A stretch of 64,000 nt of DNA from a virus, in the IMG/VR virus record IMGVR_UViG_3300028197_000003, positions 1 through 64,000 of that record. One strand, written 5' to 3'. Within the stretch, counting starts at the first letter, position 1; every line of letters begins with the position of its first letter. The notes under the pieces were generated by a model that was given only the letters and a program-made list of their open reading frames with translations, was not told the origin of the DNA and ran no database searches. The translations under genes were made by a program, and so were the position numbers. Positions 39,301 to 46,058 of the stretch are shown one piece after another.

Positions 39301-40672
39301 TGTTGCTGCTACTACCTTCACTTCAAGCAACACTATTGTTGCTACTCAAGGTCAAACTTCTTTCACCGTTGCCTCTGGTTTCCAAGAAGGTTTCTGTGAT
39401 GTCTATCACAACGGTGTTCGCCTGATCACCGGAACTGACTACACCCAAGGCGTTGATGGTCAGACCATTACTATCAACTCTGGTGCTACCGTTGGTGACG
39501 AACTTGAGTTTGTTGCCTGGAAGTCACTGGGTGACATTGTAAACATTGCATCACTCAAGACTGCCGGTAACCTAACGGTATCTGGTGTTGCAACTGCTAC
39601 TGGCGGTTTCGTTGGTAACCTTACTGGTGATGTCACCGGTACGGTTAGTAGTGGTAGTGGTTTAGGTGCAGGCACTGTTCCTCTAACTTCTCTGGATATC
39701 GACGGTGGTGCTGATATCGGTGCTGACCTGGTTGACGCTGATCTGCTGATCGTTGACGACGGTGCTGGCGGCACTAACAAAAAGACAGCACTGTCTCGCG
39801 TCAAGTCCTACGTGCTTGGCGGTGGATCTGGTGCAACATTTGCCGCGATCAACGTCACGGGTATTGCCACTAACACCTTCCTGCAATCTACCACCGCAAA
39901 CGTGGGTGCTGGACTGACAGTTGGCGGTGCAATTGACGGAAACGGCGGTGCAAACATCTCTGGTGGTGAGACCGTCCTTTCTTCCGCAACAGTCTCCGAT
40001 CTGACCGATGGTCGCATCGTAGTCGCGGGTGGATCTGGTGCTCTGGGAGATGACAGCAACCTCACCTGGGACGGATCAACCCTAGGAGTTGGTGGTGCTA
40101 TCAGCGGTTCCGGTGGTGCAAGCATCTCCGGCGGTGAAACCGTCATGTCCTCCGCTACAGTCTCTGACCTGACTTCTGGTCGTGTCGTGCTCGCGGGTGG
40201 ATCTGGTGCTCTCCAAGACAACGGTGGTCTGACTTACGACGGTTCTACCCTCGCAGTCACTGGTGCAGTAACCGTTAGCACCAACATGACCGTTAGCGGT
40301 GACCTGGTTGTTGAAGGTTCTACTACCCAGATCAACACAACCAACACCACAATCGAAGACGTTCTGCTTGAACTGCAGAAAGTAGACGGTGGTAACCTCA
40401 GTGCTGATACCAACAAAGACGTTGGTATCGTAATGAACTACTACAGCGGATCCGCTAAGAAGGCAGCAGTCTTCTGGGATGATTCTGCTGGACGTTTCGC
40501 TCTCGCAAGCGAGGCAACTGAGTCCGCAGGCGTCTTGGGTAGCATTACCTACGCTGGTCTGGAAGTTGGTTCCCTGTACCTGAATGACTGTGCTGGTCAG
40601 TCTCAAGTGATCTCCTGCTCCGGCACGACTCGCTCTCTTGAGAACATCACCATCGACGGGGGATCGTTCTGA
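36380..40672 (+). CDS. Tail fibre protein with two internal repeat families (1430 aa)
   Basis: N-terminal LQFKRG...L.AGEPGW.TD; G/A/T/S/V-rich; repeats; ends IDGGSF. Confidence 0.85.
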   Translation: MAAPVLQFKRGSLAALPGLQAGEPGWVTDSYDLFVGIDSNTSNNKVVGSARYWTREGTTSGSAVRMVEGTNNGQHYVSLGAPAALTSSEEYILPAAAVAGGYMKVDGSGNMSWSTEIDIDTPLSVLDIDGGTDIGADLADGDLLIVDDGGGGTNRKTALSRVKTYVLGGGAGASFAAINVSGIGSIAFVKSSTGTFTGVVTASSFDGDLATSNLTGTVANNQLTNSTVSFGGISLALGAADATPAFNLQDATGYLTSNLVGTITNAQLAGSIVDGKLNQITSANKVDVSAIDIDGATDIGADLVDADLLVVDDGAGGTNRKTAMSRVKDYVLGGGAGAKFVNLQATGITTTVQLQTVDINVSAGATVTGALDVDGGANIASGLTVTGGLTANSAIVSDLTDGRVVLAGTSGELEDSGNLTFNGSTLAVTGAATVSTNLGVSGEATLASATISDLTDNRVLIAGTAGAVEDSGNLTFDGSDLGVTGDVTASGTVQAANVTATTAATLASAAVQDLTNGRVVLAGAGGELGDDSGLTYGDNDLRVTGGINATGIASATSFATGAEGSAIIVTSDTITGPSSITLDPAALNDNSGTVFILGDLQVKGTTTQVDSTTVSVADLAIEVAKGAANDAAANGGGFTVDSGDGDKTFHFEALGDNFGSSENLNLASGKVLKVANTEILSAAALASSVSVDVASINLDGATAIGADLVDADLFLVDDGAGGTNRKITATEIKDYMLGGGAGANFAAINVSGISTVGFAEATTLKVGAGATVTGALDVDGGANIASGLVANSAKVSDLTSGRVVLAGTDGEIQDSGNLTFDGSTVGVTGGITVSGAVDANGGMDVAGGFVANSAKVSDLTSGRIVLAGTAGELEDNSALTFNGSTFAVTGAATVSTNLTVTQELSARDASLRNVVSSGVITATNLRNAAAGLLPLVGVSSASGHTGIVTGFKFNGTGVEAYKVEDGTATVTLSGVAATTFTSSNTIVATQGQTSFTVASGFQEGFCDVYHNGVRLITGTDYTQGVDGQTITINSGATVGDELEFVAWKSLGDIVNIASLKTAGNLTVSGVATATGGFVGNLTGDVTGTVSSGSGLGAGTVPLTSLDIDGGADIGADLVDADLLIVDDGAGGTNKKTALSRVKSYVLGGGSGATFAAINVTGIATNTFLQSTTANVGAGLTVGGAIDGNGGANISGGETVLSSATVSDLTDGRIVVAGGSGALGDDSNLTWDGSTLGVGGAISGSGGASISGGETVMSSATVSDLTSGRVVLAGGSGALQDNGGLTYDGSTLAVTGAVTVSTNMTVSGDLVVEGSTTQINTTNTTIEDVLLELQKVDGGNLSADTNKDVGIVMNYYSGSAKKAAVFWDDSAGRFALASEATESAGVLGSITYAGLEVGSLYLNDCAGQSQVISCSGTTRSLENITIDGGSF
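36758..40265 (+). repeat. Protein-level repeats in tail fibre: 4 x type A, 7 x type B
   Basis: A (DIDGGTDIGADL.D.DLLIVDDG.GGTNRKTA.SRVK.YVLGGG) near 36758, 37253, 38468, 39695; B (SA.VSDLT.GRVVLAG..G.L.D...LTF.GS) near 37556, 37721, 37901, 38753, 38936, 39983, 40151. Confidence 0.85.
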
Positions 40673-40696
40673 TAGGTAAATAAAAACCTGATATAT

Positions 40697-40722
40697 AGGG
40701 GGAGTTGACTCCCCCTTTTTTT
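40697..40722 (+). terminator. Intrinsic terminator after tail fibre
   Basis: GGGGGAG-TTGA-CTCCCCC followed by T7. Confidence 0.8.
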
Positions 40723-40941
40723 ATGGAAAAAGAACAAGAACTGCAAAATCTTTTGCAAATCTATGTGAAAAGACTTTCAGATGAAACTGCTAGATCAGTT
40801 GCATATGAAGCACGCATTGGTGTGATGGGTCAACAGTTACAAATGATGGCAGAAGAAATTCAAAGACTTCGTCCAGCACCTGGAGATGCAGGACAGTTCC
40901 CTGAACCTAAAACTGGAGTTGGTAAAACAACTAAAAAATAA
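40723..40941 (+). CDS. Small coiled-coil hypothetical protein (72 aa)
   Basis: ATG at 40723 preferred over TTG at 40705 (which lies in the terminator); TAATG overlap with next gene. Confidence 0.65.
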   Translation: MEKEQELQNLLQIYVKRLSDETARSVAYEARIGVMGQQLQMMAEEIQRLRPAPGDAGQFPEPKTGVGKTTKK

Positions 40942-41474
40942 TGGAGTCATATTTTGGCGGCATTTGGAAGGATGACTATGTTGGTCAACTGAAGCACTCA
41001 GGAGACGCTGTAGTCGATTACATCAATAAGTTATCTCCATCTAGTGTATTGGATGTAGGATGCGGTTACAACCGCCTCAAGGACCGTGTACCGGGGTTAG
41101 TTGGTATTGATCCATATAACAAAGAGGCACACTTACATATGTCTCTGGAGGAATACTATGAGTATGAATTTCCACCTGCTGATGTTGTTCTCTGTCTAGG
41201 ATCAATCAACTTCGGAACTGAAGAAGATATTGATAAACAGATTAGTATGTTAGATAAATTGTTTCTAAAAGATATTATTTTTAGGGTCAATCCAGGTATT
41301 GCTCATGATTGGGCAAATACTAATATTGATCAGATACAATGGTATGATTGGAACATTGAAAAGATAAATAAAATTACTGAAGAATACCAATACAATTTGA
41401 TATCACTGAAAGAAGAAACTACTTCTCAAGGACATCTAAGGTATTTTTTTCATTATGCTAAATACTCACGTTGA
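40941..41474 (+). CDS. Class I SAM-dependent methyltransferase-like protein
   Basis: VLDVGCG motif I; VGID; DVVLCLGSINF. Confidence 0.75.
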   Translation: MESYFGGIWKDDYVGQLKHSGDAVVDYINKLSPSSVLDVGCGYNRLKDRVPGLVGIDPYNKEAHLHMSLEEYYEYEFPPADVVLCLGSINFGTEEDIDKQISMLDKLFLKDIIFRVNPGIAHDWANTNIDQIQWYDWNIEKINKITEEYQYNLISLKEETTSQGHLRYFFHYAKYSR

Positions 41475-41487
41475 AAGGAAATCCAAA

Positions 41488-42162
41488 ATGCTTTCTGGAA
41501 CCGATTTCGTAAAGAAAATCAAGGAAGGTAATAGGGAGCTGTTTGAGGCTTCCCGTAGTAACGTCCGTCGTTTCTTCGCTTCTGCCCCTAGCGAGGAGTA
41601 CCTCGTCGAGCACTTCCGTGGCCGCATGGTCAACGAAGCACAAAACATGTATGCGATTGCTGGTCAAGTAGCATCTGCCGACCCTAGCACCGACGTTCGC
41701 GACCTGGAGCTTCTTAGCAAGCAGGCATTGGACGAAGCAAAGCACTTCCGCATGGTCAAGGAAGTCATCGAGCACATCACTGGCGAAGAACTAGACGTTG
41801 CTGCTGCTTTCGCTGCTGAAGCAGGTAAGCCTCAAGCAAAGGGTGCTTCCCTGCTTGAGAAGTACGAAGCTGCTCAAGATCCTGCTGCCCTCGCTGCCTA
41901 TCAGCTCGTTGCTGAAGGTCGTGCACAAGCAGTCTGGTCTGAAATGGCCGAGTGTGTTGAAGATTCGTTTATCTCCACCCGCTACGCCTCCATTGCTAAG
42001 GATGAAGGTTTCCACAGCAACCTCGGCGGACGCTCACTGAGCCGTCTGGTTGAAGGTAGTGTGGAACTTCAAGATCGCGTTCTTGCTCTTGTCGAGCGTA
42101 TGCGTTCTGATCTTCTGGAGATCTCCCGCCAGAACACGGCTACACCTCTTGCCGTTGTTTGA
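41488..42162 (+). CDS. Ferritin-like di-iron carboxylate protein
   Basis: E...DEAKH and E...DEGFH with 33- and 30-residue spacing; CTAAATA at 41458-41464 implies start at 41488, not 41455. Confidence 0.8.
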   Translation: MLSGTDFVKKIKEGNRELFEASRSNVRRFFASAPSEEYLVEHFRGRMVNEAQNMYAIAGQVASADPSTDVRDLELLSKQALDEAKHFRMVKEVIEHITGEELDVAAAFAAEAGKPQAKGASLLEKYEAAQDPAALAAYQLVAEGRAQAVWSEMAECVEDSFISTRYASIAKDEGFHSNLGGRSLSRLVEGSVELQDRVLALVERMRSDLLEISRQNTATPLAVV

Positions 42163-42775
42163 AGGTCTGACGACCTTCTCTAATAGTCTCGTCTAACCAA
42201 TGGTCTTTGACGGGACTTACATATTTTCCGTTGGCATCGCCGGTTATAAACTGGTCGATGCCATTGGTCGTTACAGGGAACTTTAGAATCTCCCCACAGT
42301 ATTTGATATAGTCTTCCTTCCACAAGAAAAAAGATTCGTGAGATAGGAAATGTGTTTCAATATATGGATCCTCTAAGAGGGATTTATAGTAACCTTTGGC
42401 AATCGGTAGGGTTACTTCTCCACCAACTCTTTCTTGTTGAAGTGCATTTATATTTTGATCTCTTGTAATAATTGCCACTACAGGTGTGTAACCAAGATGC
42501 ATTGCTTGATGACAAACTGCTGAAATCTTAGGTACCTGTCTGACACCATCATAGAAGAAAGGAACACTTACATTTGCTAGAAAAAAATCTCCCTCAGGAA
42601 ACTCTAACAACTCAGGATATACCCAATACTTGGCAAATGGTTCCTCATCAGATGGAACCCAGTAATTATCTTTGAGAGAATCCCACCCTACAACTTCTGG
42701 GTGCAAACTAAATATTCTTGCAAATAGGTGATTGCCTGATCCTTGTGGTCCGGTTGTGATAAGGAGTCTTTTCAT
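42140..42775 (-). CDS. Degenerate P-loop protein (GPQGSGNH family), paralog 1
   Basis: TGPQGSGNHL, W....EPFA.YW, RDQNI..QQ.R. Confidence 0.75.
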   Translation of the reverse strand: MKRLLITTGPQGSGNHLFARIFSLHPEVVGWDSLKDNYWVPSDEEPFAKYWVYPELLEFPEGDFFLANVSVPFFYDGVRQVPKISAVCHQAMHLGYTPVVAIITRDQNINALQQERVGGEVTLPIAKGYYKSLLEDPYIETHFLSHESFFLWKEDYIKYCGEILKFPVTTNGIDQFITGDANGKYVSPVKDHWLDETIREGRQTFKQRQEV

Positions 42776-43913
42776 GAGTAAACCGAAGTTTATATTTTTC
42801 TTAGGAGCATCATTTTCAGCAACAACTCCGCTGTATAAAATGCTTCGTAATCACATTACGAGTGGATTTGCTAAAGAACATCATTTGGCAGAAGTAGCAG
42901 AGATAGCGCAACAAATAAGATCTGGAATTTATACACCGACCGATAGAGATAATTTTCCCTTTTTATCAAGTTCAAAAAAATCTTCTACCTCATCATGGGT
43001 CGGTGGGGAAGAGTATAATGAAAAGTTATTGAGATGTAAAAAGAAGATTGATTGCGCCCAAAATTTTGGTACTAGTTCTGGTGAGATTATAACAGATTAT
43101 CCGGATTTTAGTAATTGGTCAATACAAAAATATGTTGATTACTACAAAAAATTGTGGGACAATAGAGGGGATGGTAGAGATGTATTAGTTGATTGGTCTA
43201 ATAGTAATGGTCGTTTAGATTATAATTTTATAAAAAATTTACTGGAAGCATTGAAGCAAGAGTTTGATGTCAGTGCTCTGATTATATGTAGAGACCCTGT
43301 GAGAAGGGCATGGTCTTGGTTGAACTATGCATGGAATGATTATTCAAAAGTTTATATGAAAGATCGTTACACTAATATTGACTCTGCCGCCAAAGCAGAA
43401 TTTGCAAAAATAAAACCATATCATCCACTCATTGAAAGTGTAGAAAAATCGTGTCCTGTGCACGTTTTGGTTATGGAAAAAGTATGGGAGGGTAATTCTT
43501 TTCTATCTAAAGAAGAGTCTCAAATAATTACTCAGTTGATTGGGAAACCTGACTTTGCCCCAAACCTATACTGTCCCGATAGAGGAAACAAAGCAATCCG
43601 TTATAAACATCAAAAAGACCAGTGGTGTTCTGATCATTTCAATATGTCAGATAAACAATACTATGAGTACAAAAATATTATGATTGATCATTATGATGGA
43701 TGGAAAGGAGATCTTCCTGAGGGGTGGGGATCTCCAATGGATTATGAAACAAACTGTTCCTTACCCATAGATGGCATAGAAGAACAGTACATCAAACCTG
43801 GAACTTATCGTAAGAGTGATGGAAAATTATATGTAGACTTTGATGGTTATGATGAATTATATAACGTTGAATATGTTGACCCATATTTTAGTGATAAATT
43901 TTCCAACCCATAA
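42774..43913 (+). CDS. Sulfotransferase-fold protein
   Basis: MSKPKF start matches paralogs; GASFSATTP, AKEHH, DWSNSN, RDPVRRAWS, YCPDRG, DQWCSD. Confidence 0.7.
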   Translation: MSKPKFIFFLGASFSATTPLYKMLRNHITSGFAKEHHLAEVAEIAQQIRSGIYTPTDRDNFPFLSSSKKSSTSSWVGGEEYNEKLLRCKKKIDCAQNFGTSSGEIITDYPDFSNWSIQKYVDYYKKLWDNRGDGRDVLVDWSNSNGRLDYNFIKNLLEALKQEFDVSALIICRDPVRRAWSWLNYAWNDYSKVYMKDRYTNIDSAAKAEFAKIKPYHPLIESVEKSCPVHVLVMEKVWEGNSFLSKEESQIITQLIGKPDFAPNLYCPDRGNKAIRYKHQKDQWCSDHFNMSDKQYYEYKNIMIDHYDGWKGDLPEGWGSPMDYETNCSLPIDGIEEQYIKPGTYRKSDGKLYVDFDGYDELYNVEYVDPYFSDKFSNP

Positions 43914-43940
43914 AAAAAGGCAGGCGTTATGCCTGCCTAT
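43911..43940 (-). terminator. Intrinsic terminator for minus-strand dctP-like gene
   Basis: AGGCAGGC-GTTAT-GCCTGCCT stem with A7 on its left (U-tract on minus strand). Confidence 0.75.
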
Positions 43941-43957
43941 AAAATCAAAACAGAAGT

Positions 43958-44914
43958 TTACTCTTCTGCATCGGTACCGTAGGCACGAATACGATCAGCA
44001 ACTCCCGCAGGAAGAGAAATCGTATCATACAATCCAGCAGTAGCTTGCTTGAATGCAGTACGCTCATCAGTAGTCATTTTGTTGACGGTAATTCCTTCAT
44101 TCGTGCACTTGACCTCAAGGTCAAACATCTCATCAACAGACCATTCTTGTTCCGCATCTGCGGTAACAATTGCTGCGTTTGCAATTTTGCCACGAAGTCC
44201 AGAATCTTTATCCAAAGACTTCCAAAAATCTTTCCGACAAACAATAGCTGCAACATTCATAGAATGTCGTGTATCATTGAGAGTCTTCATGACATCATCG
44301 CCTTCATTGGCGAAGAACTGAGTGTAGTTAGCATCTGCACCAGCAACGGTGCCATCTGTGACGGCTTGTTTGATCTGCTCTACTTCAAGAACAACAGGAG
44401 TAGCACCAATTGCTTCAAAAGTTTTTTTAGCAATTTCGTTGTCGTCGCATCGAATGGAAACCCCTAACAGATCATCGGTTGTATCGATTTCTTTAGTAGC
44501 AGGAATCATATTGTATCCACCAGCAAAAGTATATCCCAGACCCCTAACTACAGTATCTTCACGTCCCCATAGTCCTTTCAAAAGCTCAATTCCAACTTGA
44601 CCCGCTAAGGCGTTACTTGCCTCAACATAACTACTAAACAAATAAGGCATATCAAGAACTCTCAAATCTGAGTTGAGTTCAGCCAACTTGGACGTATATA
44701 TCTGACACATATCCAACTTACCCTCTCTAATGAGAGTAATAAAATCATTCCTGGTAACTGCTACACCTTCATTGTACTTCGTAGCAAACTCTGATAGTGT
44801 AAGAATTTCAACTTCAAATTCCCCAGGAGCAAGGATCTCAATTTCAGTAGCAAACTTCTCAGCAGTACGACGGAAAAGTTCAATAGGTTCATGTACCCAA
44901 CGTACTTTTTTCAT
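43958..44914 (-). CDS. dctP: TRAP transporter substrate-binding protein-like (DctP family), no signal peptide
   Basis: GKLDM, LDMPYLF, DDLLGVSIR, FEAIGATPV, GTVAGAD pattern; no DctQ/DctM nearby. Confidence 0.75.
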   Translation of the reverse strand: MKKVRWVHEPIELFRRTAEKFATEIEILAPGEFEVEILTLSEFATKYNEGVAVTRNDFITLIREGKLDMCQIYTSKLAELNSDLRVLDMPYLFSSYVEASNALAGQVGIELLKGLWGREDTVVRGLGYTFAGGYNMIPATKEIDTTDDLLGVSIRCDDNEIAKKTFEAIGATPVVLEVEQIKQAVTDGTVAGADANYTQFFANEGDDVMKTLNDTRHSMNVAAIVCRKDFWKSLDKDSGLRGKIANAAIVTADAEQEWSVDEMFDLEVKCTNEGITVNKMTTDERTAFKQATAGLYDTISLPAGVADRIRAYGTDAEE

Positions 44915-44941
44915 GCCTTATTGAGTTATGGTTCTATACTA

Positions 44942-44949
44942 TATTTATT
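44942..44949 (-). promoter_or_regulatory. T4-like late promoter (AATAAATA)
   Basis: TATTTATT on + strand, 28 bp upstream of the dctP start. Confidence 0.6.
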
Positions 44950-44991
44950 GTAATGTAACTGTTCCTAAATTATTATGATGCTTGTGAAAGG

Positions 44992-46038
44992 ATGAAACCT
45001 AAATTTATTTTGTTTCTTGGAGTAGGTTGGTCAGCAACAACTCCACTGTTTGCATCTATCAAAGAACATTTACTCTACGGCATTGAGAAGGAATGGTTTT
45101 ATCCCCAGATGTTGTTTGAAAGGAATTTTTACAAGTTCACAAATGATCATTTATGGAGAAAATCTTTAGATGAACTCAAGGTAAGAATAAGAAAATTTAG
45201 AGAGGGTGAGATACAGTTTCATCATGTGTCGAAGCACGATGTGTCAGAAAAAGCATTGAGTATCATAGAGCATCATGATCCTACTATCGAGAGATATATT
45301 GATTTTTACAAATGTCTCTGGGAAGAAGGGGTAAGTTACGATAAGAAGGCACTTGCAGATTTTTCAAATACAAATAGTGAATGTTTCTTTGTTGATAAAG
45401 GAATTCGATGGTATAGAAACTTTGTATCAGAATTGGATAAACATTTTGATGTTATTCAAGTTGCAATTTTTAGAGATCCAGTTAGGAGGTTTTTCTCAAA
45501 CGAGGTTTGGTTATATGACAACGCCGAGCATCTAGACATTGACACGGGTGGTCAAACTTTAGATCAGTGGTTTGAACATCGTATAGAACATCAGATTCCT
45601 TATGCCAAACTTATCAAGACTGCCATGTCTTGTGGTAAGACTGAATTTTTTGTTATGGAAGACGTATGGGAATCTGATACTGAAACCCAAATTGCTCGAC
45701 TACAAAAACTTTTTGCTGTCGATAGAGTAGAATTATATGACAATGCTTACTGTCCTGATAGAGGATCTAAAGCAATTAGATATAGTAACCTAATAGATCA
45801 ATGGACTAGTGATTCATTTGATATGCCAGATGATTTATATTATAAACTCAAAAAAATGATGAGTTTTCAGTACGAAGATTGGATAAAAATGTATGGCAAA
45901 TTGCCTGAAACTTGGGGCAGTCCTGCAGACTATAAGAAGAATCAGAGTTTACCGATAGGGAGACTACAGCACAAAGAGAACTTTGTTTATCCAGAGTTTT
46001 ATGAAGAGATTGATGGTCAAAATTATTGTCATAACTAG
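44992..46038 (+). CDS. Sulfotransferase-fold protein
   Basis: GVGWSATTP, EKEWFY, DFSNTN, FRDPVRRFFS, YCPDRG, DQWTSD, LPETWG. Confidence 0.72.
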   Translation: MKPKFILFLGVGWSATTPLFASIKEHLLYGIEKEWFYPQMLFERNFYKFTNDHLWRKSLDELKVRIRKFREGEIQFHHVSKHDVSEKALSIIEHHDPTIERYIDFYKCLWEEGVSYDKKALADFSNTNSECFFVDKGIRWYRNFVSELDKHFDVIQVAIFRDPVRRFFSNEVWLYDNAEHLDIDTGGQTLDQWFEHRIEHQIPYAKLIKTAMSCGKTEFFVMEDVWESDTETQIARLQKLFAVDRVELYDNAYCPDRGSKAIRYSNLIDQWTSDSFDMPDDLYYKLKKMMSFQYEDWIKMYGKLPETWGSPADYKKNQSLPIGRLQHKENFVYPEFYEEIDGQNYCHN

Positions 46039-46058
46039 TAAAGTGATTGTATAAAAAA

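Noticed and set aside
36395-40606. Numerous antisense and alternate-frame ORFs in the tail fibre
   Set aside because: Expected from biased codon usage and repeats; translations mirror the fibre repeats.
41455-41487. Longer N-terminus for the ferritin-like ORF
   Set aside because: The upstream ATG overlaps the late-promoter box; a transcript from it would only include ATG 41488.
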